A stretch of 64,000 nucleotides of DNA, from contig CALBNX010000014.1 in the NCBI GenBank assembly GCA_937896885.1, positions 5,061 through 69,060 on the forward strand, read 5' to 3'. Position 1 is the stretch's first letter; each line of letters opens with the position of its first letter. The notes beneath the pieces are model-generated. The model was given only the letters and a program-made list of their open reading frames with translations. It made no database searches and was not told where the DNA came from. A program made the position numbers and the translations under genes. Source of the stretch: an uncultured Clostridia bacterium (GTDB lineage: Bacteria; Bacillota; Clostridia; Oscillospirales; Acutalibacteraceae). This document shows positions 8,506 through 18,213 of the stretch, in pieces.

Positions 8506-9414
8506 ATGGAGAACTTGAATTTATATGCAGAAGAGTGCATTTCTGTTATGAAATCTACAAAAAACATATCGGATTATAGTAGTTTGGCATACAGTTCTGA
8601 TTTGAATGATTTTATTGAATTTTGTGGTGGTGAGATTGACAACAATATTTTAGTCAAATATGTATCTTATCTATCACAGGACAGACATCTGTGTGATACT
8701 ACGATTAGCCGTAAATTGATAACGTTAAAAATGTTTTTTGAGTATCTATACAGTAAAAATCTCATAGAACAAAACTATTATCAGAACTGTCATTTCAAAT
8801 TTCGTAAGGAGCGAAAATTACCTAAAACTCTATCTAAAACAGAAACAGCCGAGCTTCTTAAAACTGCAACAGCAGAAAGAAACTCGGCTAAAAGTAATCC
8901 TGAAGTATTGCGAACGTCAAGGAATTTGGCACTTATCGATGTGCTTATAAGTACCGGCATAAGAATTGGTGAAGCATCAGCGATTTCATTGGATGATATT
9001 ATTGAATCTGAAAAGACTTTGCTTATTCATGGAAAAGGTCGTAAACAACGATTGATATACATTTCTTGTGATGAGACATGGAACAACCTTAACAAATGGT
9101 TGAATATCAGAAAGGAAATGGATATCCCTACTGATAAACTTTTTGTCAATCGTAGTGGTAATCAACTTGGCATTCATGGTATCGAATACATATACAAGCG
9201 AATTAAAGAAAACGCTGGCATCAATCCATCTTCTACCCCTCACTATTTGCGACACACCTTCGCAACAAACCTATTATCAAACGGTGCAGATTTGCGTTCA
9301 GTACAAGAGTTGTTGGGTCATAGCAGTGTTGCAATTACAGAAATCTATACCGAAATCACAACACAGAGAAAAAAGGAAGTATTAGATAAATATAACTTTA
9401 GGAATAGCTTATAG
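8506..9414 (+). CDS. Tyrosine site-specific recombinase, XerC/XerD-like
   Basis: N-terminal SAM-like core-binding domain. Catalytic signature: STGIRIGE (R), HGKGRKQR (K), HYLRHTFATNLL (HxxR), LLGHSSVAITEIYTE (H...Y). RBS GAGGTG before the ATG at 8506. Confidence 0.85.
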   Translation: MENLNLYAEECISVMKSTKNISDYSSLAYSSDLNDFIEFCGGEIDNNILVKYVSYLSQDRHLCDTTISRKLITLKMFFEYLYSKNLIEQNYYQNCHFKFRKERKLPKTLSKTETAELLKTATAERNSAKSNPEVLRTSRNLALIDVLISTGIRIGEASAISLDDIIESEKTLLIHGKGRKQRLIYISCDETWNNLNKWLNIRKEMDIPTDKLFVNRSGNQLGIHGIEYIYKRIKENAGINPSSTPHYLRHTFATNLLSNGADLRSVQELLGHSSVAITEIYTEITTQRKKEVLDKYNFRNSL

Positions 9415-9477
9415 CAATAGTAAAAAATATTAAGTTCATTACTATTGATTTAATAAAGGGATAATAAACCATGTATA

Positions 9478-11154
9478 TTAAAAATCAATATTGTATTTTT
9501 TTAACAACTGATTTTTATTGTAATATACGATTATTTTTTTTAAACTTTCTACCGCATTTTTAATGTCAATATATTGGATTTTTTGAGTAATATGCCGAAG
9601 TGTTTCTATCCAAAGTCTTAGAACGATTTCTATTTCTTTTGAATCAATATATCTTTCTTTTGAAATAGAGTTTTTCTGAAGTGTTGGTATGATATCTTCT
9701 ATATCCTTACAATTGTCCAAATGACTACAAATGTAGTCTAAACTGTCTTGTTCTAATTTGTATTTTGTCAACAAGTTAATTAAGCCATTATATATATCCG
9801 AACAAGGCAACTTACAAGTATTCAAAGAATAATAATCTTGTAATTTACAAACAACTTTTATCAGATCATCATTAGAACAAATGCGATTATAGTCAAATTG
9901 AACATTTTCACACTTTTTTAAAGCTGAACATATATCTGGGCTACTCTTGTTCTTTAAATGTTTCGCCAACTCTTTGATTAAAACATTGTCTATCCAATTA
10001 GTTGTCTCCTGTACTGTCCAAAACTTTTCATTACGTGAAGCTTCATGAATATAATAAGGCTTTAGAACAAATTGAATTTCAGGCTCACCAACTCCACAAC
10101 TTGAATTTATTTGAACTAGTGAAATTATTGCGCATAGTTTCATTCCCTGTTCAATTCTTATTTGGAAACGATCAATAAATATATTAAAATCATTTATACT
10201 TTTTATTTTATCAACGATGTTAGATAGGAGCATATAGAAATAATAACTGGTTTTAAACAGTACAATTCCATCACGACACACTTCATAGTTGCTCAAATTA
10301 TGTTTGTTATCTATTTCATTTAGTGAATTTATGAATTCATCATAGTATTTATCTATTATTTCACATAACTGTTTAGTATCTGCTTCAGGCAAAACAAAAA
10401 TTGTATTGTTAAGTGTAATGAAATATTCATTGTTCATCATATTCTTTTTAATGAATGCTCTATAACCATATTTAATATCAGTATGCACACCTGAAAATAA
10501 TTTATATATGTTATTATTTCCATAAACTGTAAATAAGCAGTTCCGTATCTTTAGTGAGCGAAATTCGAATGAACATTTAGCGTTCATATTTTGGAAATCT
10601 GGTAATGTTCCTTTAAAACTTATTTTACTATAAGACATTGAAATAGTTTTTTCAGAACAAAATATTTCATTAGTTTTATATTCATCTTCGTAATCAAATA
10701 TATCATCTAAAATAATATCAATTGCTTGTTCCATGTCTTCATCTTCCATGTATTTGAGTTTTTGGGACAATTGTGCAGCCGTTTCTGTTATCTCAACATC
10801 TTTATTGTATTTTTCAATTTTTCTCAGAACTTCATCATAATTTTTTTTTGCTGCTTCAAGTGCATCAATAATTCGAGCTTTGTTAATCTTATTACTTTTT
10901 CGAATATTCGTTCCTCTACGTGTTGGAACATAGTTAAATAGACTATCGCATTCAAAATCAATAGGAGCACCAACATCTTTTAGCAATCTTGCAAGTTCTT
11001 CTTTATTATCAAAAGAATGAACAGGTATAATATGGTCTATTTCCATCTCTCTATACTTTATTTTTTCACCTCGATAGAAATCCTCATATCCATATACTTC
11101 CCACAAAGCCGTTCTAACATCTGTATCGGAAGTTCTGTATTTTCGTGTTTTCAT
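9478..11154 (-). CDS. HNH-nuclease fusion protein (N-terminal HNH domain, ~470 aa uncharacterised C-terminal region)
   Basis: Start at MKTRKY with RBS AAGGAGAT. HNH motif EIDHIIPVHSF...LFNYVPTRRGTNIRKSNK. No recognisable motif in the rest. Confidence 0.65.
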   Translation of the reverse strand: MKTRKYRTSDTDVRTALWEVYGYEDFYRGEKIKYREMEIDHIIPVHSFDNKEELARLLKDVGAPIDFECDSLFNYVPTRRGTNIRKSNKINKARIIDALEAAKKNYDEVLRKIEKYNKDVEITETAAQLSQKLKYMEDEDMEQAIDIILDDIFDYEDEYKTNEIFCSEKTISMSYSKISFKGTLPDFQNMNAKCSFEFRSLKIRNCLFTVYGNNNIYKLFSGVHTDIKYGYRAFIKKNMMNNEYFITLNNTIFVLPEADTKQLCEIIDKYYDEFINSLNEIDNKHNLSNYEVCRDGIVLFKTSYYFYMLLSNIVDKIKSINDFNIFIDRFQIRIEQGMKLCAIISLVQINSSCGVGEPEIQFVLKPYYIHEASRNEKFWTVQETTNWIDNVLIKELAKHLKNKSSPDICSALKKCENVQFDYNRICSNDDLIKVVCKLQDYYSLNTCKLPCSDIYNGLINLLTKYKLEQDSLDYICSHLDNCKDIEDIIPTLQKNSISKERYIDSKEIEIVLRLWIETLRHITQKIQYIDIKNAVESLKKIIVYYNKNQLLKKYNIDF

Positions 11155-11331
11155 ACTAACATCTCCTTGTGAATTTGCGATTTTAATTACATTAATTATA
11201 TAAAAAAATAAAAATTTTTTCAATTAGAGAAATCTTGCTATATAAGAATTTTTATCAAAAGTTCATAAATTTATCTTTTCTGCTGTGTATTTTCAAGTGA
11301 GTAGTTCACTTTCTCCTATCGTAATGACAGG

Positions 11332-11388
11332 AGCCACCTACCAACTAAAGGGCATAGTTGTCCCTGGGTTGTAGGTGGCTCTTTTTTG
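11332..11388 (+). terminator. Branched hairpin plus T-run (related to the hairpin at 17924)
   Basis: Stem GAGCCACCTAC / GTAGGTGGCTC with a 29 nt loop, then TTTTTT. Confidence 0.5.
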
Positions 11389-11451
11389 TTGCAACAGTCA
11401 ATAATAAGCACTATTTTCACTTATTGATTATAAGACACCATTCAAAGCGTT

Positions 11452-11478
11452 TGTCACAAAATGATACATATTTTCGAT
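11452..11478 (+). promoter_or_regulatory. ECF-sigma-type promoter motif, copy 3
   Basis: TGTCAC 11452-11457, 17 nt, CGAT 11475-11478, then TAATAT. Upstream of the giant gene. Confidence 0.55.
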
Positions 11479-11646
11479 TAATATAGTATACCAAAATTAG
11501 ATGGAGAGGTGTTTTATTTGTTGGTAAATAAATATTTTGTTTCAAAAAAATAGAAATGGCATGGTGTCTGTTTTGTCATGAAATTACGGTAGATTTTAAT
11601 TTTGCCATACCCGTTGATTGTACAAAAATTAATATCTACTAGTGAT

Positions 11647-14600
11647 ATGAAAAGAGGGATTATTGTGAAAAAGGTCAGGATTTTTTTCAAATCAGCAATT
11701 TCAATTGTTTTAGCACTTGTAATTCTACTGGCATTAGAAAGCCCTATAATGTCAGCAATTGCTTCAGGCATTGAAAGTTTAGCACAACCTGAAGTTTCGA
11801 TTTCTGCCGAAGAAATTACACAAGCTTTGAACAACGCTGAAATTGTTGATATGAGCAAAGACAGTCAGTTTGTTTTGGCTGATGATTCAGTAGAAATTTC
11901 AGATGATTATTTTCCTAAAACTGCTGATATTAATTGTGTTGAATACCCACAGATAACAAACAATTATGAAGTATCTCCCATATCAGAAGGATTGGAAGGA
12001 GATGTTATGGTTTGTTTAACACAAAAATGGTTAAATCAAGAATATGGTGATGTAGAAGGTTTTATCAAAGTTACGGAAAATGGTGAAACAGGGTGGAATA
12101 CCATTTATGCCCTTATACGAGCCTTACAATATGAGCTTGGAATAACAAGCTTAACTAATAATTTTGGACCTACAACAAGTAAACTATATTCACAAAATAT
12201 TTTACGAAGACAAGATGGTGTAACAGATAACAAATATGCTATTTTGCAAGGTGCGTTGTGGTGCAAAGGATATTGTCCGGGATATAACATATCCATGGAT
12301 AGTGATGGAGTTGTAACATTTAACGCTGTTTTTGATGAAGGTGTTGAGAACGCAATTAAACAGTTACAAGCAGATGCGGGTTTACTTGAACAAGATGGTG
12401 TTGTATCATTAAATATTATGAAGGCTCTTATGTCAATGGATAGCTTCAAATTGTTACCAGCATCATACGGCAGTGATAATAAAATTCGTAATTTTCAACA
12501 GTGGCTCAATCGTAATTATGAAGAATATACAGGATTGAATCCATGCGACGGTGTATATGGTCGAAACACAAATAAAGCTCTTGTTTATGCTTTGCAAGCA
12601 GAAGAAGGATTGCCTGTCGGTGTTGCTACTGGTAATTTCGGAAATACAACAAAACTTTGTTGTCCTACAATTCCATATGATAGAAACAATGAAAATGCTG
12701 CACGAAAATATTCTGGTGAGACAGATAGTGATTTGTACACATACAAAGAGATTCAAGATTTTACCAAGCTTATGCAGTTTGCTCTATATGTTAACGGCTT
12801 TGGCGATGGTGATTTCGATGGCGTATATGACAATGCCACTAAACAAGCTATCAGGGGATTCCAAGAACACCATGCAATTGTTGTTAACGGAACGGCTAAT
12901 ACTGGTACGTGGCTATCTTTATTTATTAGCTGTGGAGATAAATATCGTGATGCAATAGCTGCAGACTGTGCAACAATTTTAACTGAAGCAAAAGCCCAAG
13001 CTTTAGTTGAAAATGGATATGAATATATAGGTAGATATTTAACCGGTACATATGGTGGTGGCATTAATAAAGCACTTTCACGTGAAGAAGCCGAAATAAT
13101 TCTTGAAGCTGGTTTGAAAATTTTCCCTATATATCAAGATGGCGGAACAACACAAAGTGATTTCACTGCAGAAAATGGAATACTTGACGGTAAAGCTGCC
13201 GTCAATGCCGCTAAAGCACTTGGATTGCCTGATGGCACAATTATTTATTTTGCTGTTGATTTTGATGCTATGGATTACCAAATCAAATCAAATATTATTC
13301 CATATTTTAAGGAAGTATATGCTGAGGTGACAAGTGCAAGTGCATACCAGGTAGGCGTTTATGGTGCAAGAAATGTTTGCTCACGTGTTTCTAATGCAGG
13401 ATATGCTTGCAGTAGTTTTGTAGGAAATATGTCAACAGGCTTTAGCGGTAACCTTGGTTTTAAAATGCCGTCCAATTGGGCCTTTGACCAGTTTGGTAAT
13501 ATGGATAAAAATGGAAATTATCTGATAATTTCTAGTGCTGATGGTAATTTTGAAATTGATAAAGACGGTGCTTCTGGTAGAGATGATGGTGTATCTTGGT
13601 TAAAAGATGTTGAACCTACAGATTATTGGGACACGGATGGTATTGATTCTGGTAATACAGACAGTGACACTCTTTATGGACCTACAGTTAACATTTTTGG
13701 TAATGCTGTGCCCCTATTCCAATTTGATATATCTTTTGAAACAAAGATTGCTCAAATAGAAACATGGTATGACCACGAAGAAAAAGCTACAAAAGTATTA
13801 ATTGGGTTACGATTAGCAGGTGTGGAAACTGAAATTGGTGGAACACGCGAAAAAATCAATAAATGCAATGAAGCTTATGAACAGGTAAAAAAAACCTTAT
13901 ATAAAATAGGTCAACCAAATACAACATACACATCTATAAAAGATAATTTCAAGGGAAGCCTATATGATAAAGGAGTCAAAGTCGGGTTCGATTTTAACGG
14001 ATATTTTTTGGGATACGCAAAAATAAATAATGATGGCAAGGTAGTCGAGGGAATGCTAGGATTAATGGCAACCGCAAAAGCCAGCATCTCATATCCTATT
14101 GTTCCAACACTTTATCTCAAGTTCCAAATTGAAGGCAGTTTGCAAGGTAAACTTCAACTTATCATAAATGATTCTGGGGCTTTGGGTACTCATGGAGAGT
14201 TTGTCTTTTCAATTAAACCAAGTGTAGGAATTGAGGGTAATCTTTATGTTGCACGAGCGTATGTTGGGTTAAGTGGTGAATTAGAATGTTTAACCCGCAT
14301 ACCATTTAGAACTCTACAAGAATCATTTGAAGCAGAGTATACAGGTAGTTTTTTCTTTGAATGGAATGCATTGTTCTGGAATGGTCGGTATGATTGGGAT
14401 TTTTTAAACGTGAAACTATATCCACAATCAGAAGAGTCCGTTTCAGTTGATGTGTATGACAATTTAAGTTTCATTGAACCACTATCCCAAGCAAGTGTGC
14501 TATCCAATACGACTAACCCAGACGTATTCAAATCTAGCGTTCAAGTTTACGCAGCCCCTAAAATAGTTGACTTTGGCAATGGTCAGTTGTTTATGACATA

Positions 14601-16905
14601 CATTGATGATGCACAAAATCGTTCTGCTGAAAATCGTACTACTTTGATGTATAGTATTTATAACGGAACCATTTGGAGTACACCTCAACCTGTTTTGGAT
14701 GATGGAACTGCCGACTTCGAAGCACAAATACAGCCCGATGGTACAGGTGGTGTTCACATCCTTTGGCAAAATGCCAATACTACATTTAGTGAAGGCGTAA
14801 CATTGGAACAAATGTCACAGGAAATGGAATTATACTATTCTCATTGGAATGGTACAACAATGGAAAATACTACAGCTATTACATCTTCTAATCAGAATTT
14901 AGAAATGACATATTCTGTGGCATCTTCCGACAACAACATTTCTGTTATATGGCAAGAAAACTCTAACAATGATTCTCTTGTTATGAGTGGAACAAACTCA
15001 ATTCACAGACGACAATTAATTGATGGTTTCTGGCAAGATATTGAAAATATTGCATCAAATTTGTCAACAATAAATAGTATTGAAACAGGATATATAAACA
15101 ATTCAAATATAGTTGTTTATTCTGCTAAATCTAATCTTGATGAGGATTTAGAAATATTCTACTATGATGGCACCGAAACAGTTGAATTTACAGATGACGA
15201 TGTACACGATTATTCTGTAAATATCTTGAACGATGAAATATATTGGATTAGTGAAAACTCAATTAACTGCGTAACAAACGGAGATATATCTACAAAACAA
15301 ACTATTCAGATATTTGACGGTACAGTTACTGAAATAAATGTTATCGGAAATGATAATGGAAATAAATCAATTGTATGGACATTAGCTGATGAAACAAAAG
15401 TTGACTTCTATGCAACTGACTTTAATAGTGAAACAAATTCTTATGGAATCATTCGACCAATCACAACCGTTAGTGGTGTTATTAGAGGTTGGGATGCATG
15501 CTTAACATCTGATGGAAATATTGAGTTATCATATTGTAATGCCGAAATATTGGAAGAACCAACTGAGGGTAATTATTACGGAACATTAAGTTTGATTCAA
15601 AAAGCAGAAGAAGATTTCTGTGATATTTCCATAATATCCGAGTTGGGTTGTAGTGGTTATATTGCTCCTAACGAAGAACTTACATTGACGGCTGATATAT
15701 ATAATCGTGGTTCACTACCTGTAAATCAATTCCTTGTTAACGTTATTGATGAAAATGGAAGCATTGTTCAATCTAATAGTATAGAAAAGGAAGTTGGTGT
15801 AAATGAGTATTCAAATATAGAATTTTCATTTACATTACCTGAAACTATTACAAGAACTGATTACAAGGTGAAAACCTTACCACAGCAGTATGACGATATT
15901 AACGAAGGAGATAACTACACTACCCTATCTGTTGGCTTCCCTGATTTAGTTATAAGCTCAATGGAAGAGGTCAGAAGTGATTTAGGTCGAGAACTTCATG
16001 TTACAATTAAAAATCAAGGATATGATGTTGTAAATGCATCTAATTTGAGTTTGTATTTAGATTCGTACAATGGAACAAATCTTGAGACTAAAGAACTTGC
16101 ATCCATTCAACCTGGAGAGGAAGTTGTTTGTACTTTCAATTTAACTGAATCTAATTCTGTACCAGCAGTTAGTGAAGAACCTAATTATGTATATCTGTCA
16201 CTAGAAACGACAGAAACAGAAAATGATTATTCAAACAACTATTCAGAGTATATTGTCTATCCCGATTATTCAATAACTTTAAATACAGGGACTTCTGGAG
16301 GAACAGTTTCAGGAACAGGCATTTACATAAAAGATAGTCTTGTTGAAATAAACGCAACACCTGAACAAGGATACATTTTCAGTGGTTGGTACGAGAACAA
16401 TGTTAAGATTCTTGGTGCTGATTCATCATATTCATTCAATGCAACACAAGATAGAATCTTAACTGCTAAATTTGTCCAATTAGATTTCTGTAGTATTTAT
16501 GCGTTAACATCTCAAACCGGAGAAGTTGATGAGACAAACAAATATCTACGAGGTATTAAAGCTGGTGGAAAAGTTAACGATTACTTTGCGGTAAGTGACA
16601 ATGGTTCATTATTACAGATTGAAAACAATTATGGCAATATAAATGCCACAGGCACAATTGTACAGACTCTTTCTTCAAGCAGAACTGTAATTGATGAATA
16701 TATTATTGTAATTTTGGGCGATGTAAATGGTGATGGAGCTATTGATGGATTTGATGTAATCACAATAGACCTATACATAGCCAATCTTCACGAACTTACT
16801 GGTGCTTATTTAGAAGCTGCCGACATAAATCAAGACGGATTAGTTGACGATTCGGATTATCAACTTTGTATTGATATAAGTACATTAAAAGTTGGTGGAT
16901 ATTAG
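11647..16905 (+). CDS. Giant secreted cell-wall-binding protein: 4x PG_binding_1-like repeats, DUF1906/Rv2525c-like glycoside-hydrolase-like domain, long beta-rich region, CARDB-like repeats, Listeria-Bacteroides repeat, C-terminal dockerin
   Basis: Start at ATG 11647, or GTG 11665 (RBS AGAGGGA). Signal peptide KKVRIFFKSAISIVLALVILLALESP. PG-binding repeats such as YALIRALQYELGI and ATKQAIRGFQEHHAI. DUF1906-like segment YIGRYLTG...IFPIYQ...IYFAVDFDA...VGVYGARNVC. Flg_new-like segment GGTVSGTGIY...GYIFSGWYENN. Dockerin GDVNGDGAIDGFDV...ADINQDGLVDDSDY. Confidence 0.75.
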   Translation: MKRGIIVKKVRIFFKSAISIVLALVILLALESPIMSAIASGIESLAQPEVSISAEEITQALNNAEIVDMSKDSQFVLADDSVEISDDYFPKTADINCVEYPQITNNYEVSPISEGLEGDVMVCLTQKWLNQEYGDVEGFIKVTENGETGWNTIYALIRALQYELGITSLTNNFGPTTSKLYSQNILRRQDGVTDNKYAILQGALWCKGYCPGYNISMDSDGVVTFNAVFDEGVENAIKQLQADAGLLEQDGVVSLNIMKALMSMDSFKLLPASYGSDNKIRNFQQWLNRNYEEYTGLNPCDGVYGRNTNKALVYALQAEEGLPVGVATGNFGNTTKLCCPTIPYDRNNENAARKYSGETDSDLYTYKEIQDFTKLMQFALYVNGFGDGDFDGVYDNATKQAIRGFQEHHAIVVNGTANTGTWLSLFISCGDKYRDAIAADCATILTEAKAQALVENGYEYIGRYLTGTYGGGINKALSREEAEIILEAGLKIFPIYQDGGTTQSDFTAENGILDGKAAVNAAKALGLPDGTIIYFAVDFDAMDYQIKSNIIPYFKEVYAEVTSASAYQVGVYGARNVCSRVSNAGYACSSFVGNMSTGFSGNLGFKMPSNWAFDQFGNMDKNGNYLIISSADGNFEIDKDGASGRDDGVSWLKDVEPTDYWDTDGIDSGNTDSDTLYGPTVNIFGNAVPLFQFDISFETKIAQIETWYDHEEKATKVLIGLRLAGVETEIGGTREKINKCNEAYEQVKKTLYKIGQPNTTYTSIKDNFKGSLYDKGVKVGFDFNGYFLGYAKINNDGKVVEGMLGLMATAKASISYPIVPTLYLKFQIEGSLQGKLQLIINDSGALGTHGEFVFSIKPSVGIEGNLYVARAYVGLSGELECLTRIPFRTLQESFEAEYTGSFFFEWNALFWNGRYDWDFLNVKLYPQSEESVSVDVYDNLSFIEPLSQASVLSNTTNPDVFKSSVQVYAAPKIVDFGNGQLFMTYIDDAQNRSAENRTTLMYSIYNGTIWSTPQPVLDDGTADFEAQIQPDGTGGVHILWQNANTTFSEGVTLEQMSQEMELYYSHWNGTTMENTTAITSSNQNLEMTYSVASSDNNISVIWQENSNNDSLVMSGTNSIHRRQLIDGFWQDIENIASNLSTINSIETGYINNSNIVVYSAKSNLDEDLEIFYYDGTETVEFTDDDVHDYSVNILNDEIYWISENSINCVTNGDISTKQTIQIFDGTVTEINVIGNDNGNKSIVWTLADETKVDFYATDFNSETNSYGIIRPITTVSGVIRGWDACLTSDGNIELSYCNAEILEEPTEGNYYGTLSLIQKAEEDFCDISIISELGCSGYIAPNEELTLTADIYNRGSLPVNQFLVNVIDENGSIVQSNSIEKEVGVNEYSNIEFSFTLPETITRTDYKVKTLPQQYDDINEGDNYTTLSVGFPDLVISSMEEVRSDLGRELHVTIKNQGYDVVNASNLSLYLDSYNGTNLETKELASIQPGEEVVCTFNLTESNSVPAVSEEPNYVYLSLETTETENDYSNNYSEYIVYPDYSITLNTGTSGGTVSGTGIYIKDSLVEINATPEQGYIFSGWYENNVKILGADSSYSFNATQDRILTAKFVQLDFCSIYALTSQTGEVDETNKYLRGIKAGGKVNDYFAVSDNGSLLQIENNYGNINATGTIVQTLSSSRTVIDEYIIVILGDVNGDGAIDGFDVITIDLYIANLHELTGAYLEAADINQDGLVDDSDYQLCIDISTLKVGGY

Positions 16906-16952
16906 ATTTAATTAAGATTAATAAATTTATAATATTTAATGAGGTGAAATAA

Positions 16953-17471
16953 ATGGCTAAAGAAAGATTAGATGAAAAAGTAACCGTTAGAGGAATAATT
17001 TTTCTTATTCTCACAATTCTAGGATTATTTGGATTGTTTGTATTAATGAATAACATTGGTGATGATAAAACTCCTGCCACTTATGAACAAGTATGGAATA
17101 CTCTAACCGAATATGAGTGTACAGCTCTTGATTATACAAAGCATTTTAGTGAAAAGTATCCTGAGTTGGATTTTGAATATGCAATCTCTTGTAGAGATGA
17201 TGACATTTATGTTGACTTTTTCCAATTTAGCAATGTTGAAGATGCAAATATTGCATATAGCAAATTTAATTCTGTTATAAACAAGAATTTTTCAAGAGAT
17301 GCGGTGGAAACTGGCGGAGATATGAGAAACTTCACTATTAGAACTTACTTGTACGAAGGTGAGTACTTTTATCTTATGAGAGTGGATAATACTGTTTTCT
17401 TTAGTAGATGTCTAGAACCAAATAAAAGTTTAGTCAACGATATAGCGTCTAGTTTGGGATACTATCTTTAA
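16953..17471 (+). CDS. Hypothetical membrane-anchored protein
   Basis: RBS GAGGTGAAA. Single N-terminal TM helix GIIFLILTILGLFGLFVLM. Confidence 0.5.
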   Translation: MAKERLDEKVTVRGIIFLILTILGLFGLFVLMNNIGDDKTPATYEQVWNTLTEYECTALDYTKHFSEKYPELDFEYAISCRDDDIYVDFFQFSNVEDANIAYSKFNSVINKNFSRDAVETGGDMRNFTIRTYLYEGEYFYLMRVDNTVFFSRCLEPNKSLVNDIASSLGYYL

Positions 17472-17483
17472 GGAGCGATAATT

Positions 17484-17891
17484 ATGAATTATATGCAACA
17501 AACTTTGCTTACTGTAATTTACTTTATTTTTCTTTTACCGATTACTTATTTAAGTTTTCGTTGGGTTTGGGAATTACTTTGTAAAGCTGGAGGAACAACT
17601 CCAGAAGAAGTAAAACAGAAAAAAAGAGAATTATTTAATAGAACAGTAAATCCACAAATTCAATTTAGAGTATGGTTAGAGCAAAAAGCTACAGATGTTA
17701 TGAAATTTCGTAGAATATATAACATATACTCTATATGTACAACAACGAATATTATCTTTTTAGCTTTTGCTTTTAGTGGATTTGTAACCCCTGCACTTAA
17801 CAAATTAGTTAAGTTGGGAATGGTCATTGTTCCTACTTTAATCATTTGTAGCTTAATTGCAAAAATGATATATAAACATAAGTCTAAATAA
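17484..17891 (+). CDS. Hypothetical membrane protein
   Basis: RBS AGGAG. TM helices at both ends (LLTVIYFIFLLPITYL; IIFLAFAFSGFV; MVIVPTLIICSLIA). Confidence 0.5.
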   Translation: MNYMQQTLLTVIYFIFLLPITYLSFRWVWELLCKAGGTTPEEVKQKKRELFNRTVNPQIQFRVWLEQKATDVMKFRRIYNIYSICTTTNIIFLAFAFSGFVTPALNKLVKLGMVIVPTLIICSLIAKMIYKHKSK

Positions 17892-17923
17892 CTTTTATGT
17901 TATTTAGCTAAAGTCAATGTTAT

Positions 17924-17956
17924 GAGCCATCTACCAAGTTGTAGATGGCTCTTTTT
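17924..17956 (+). terminator. Rho-independent terminator (short version of the 11332 hairpin)
   Basis: Stem GAGCCATCTAC / GTAGATGGCTC, loop CAAGTT, then TTTTT. Confidence 0.7.
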
Positions 17957-17958
17957 CG

Positions 17959-18213
17959 TTATAACAATTTGAATAATAGACTACTTGTTGCACCATTTGT
18001 TCTATATCTTTGTTCGGTTTCAAGCATTCGTTCTTTTCTTAAATCATTAAGAGCTCGTCTGACTGTTGATTGAGACATTTTCAAATCTTTCGAAATTGTG
18101 GCTATTGACGGCCAACATTCATTCTTTTCGTTGGCTCGGTCATATAGATACAGATATACAAGAACTGCTCGACTTGGTAATTCTGATTGATACACATGTT
18201 TTAATTTACCCAT
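17959..18213 (-). CDS. Helix-turn-helix DNA-binding protein (ICE regulatory or accessory)
   Basis: Winged-HTH-like segment SIATISKDLKMSQSTVRRALNDLRKERMLE. Overlaps the coupling-protein gene end. Confidence 0.6.
   Translation of the reverse strand: MGKLKHVYQSELPSRAVLVYLYLYDRANEKNECWPSIATISKDLKMSQSTVRRALNDLRKERMLETEQRYRTNGATSSLLFKLL

Noticed and set aside
11514-11858. A 114 aa minus-strand ORF overlapping the start of the giant gene. Also the TTG 11602 start of the giant ORF itself.
   Set aside because: The minus-strand ORF is antisense to a signal-peptide region and has no RBS. For the giant gene, ATG 11647 or GTG 11665 (RBS AGAGGGA, then a typical signal peptide) are far more plausible starts.
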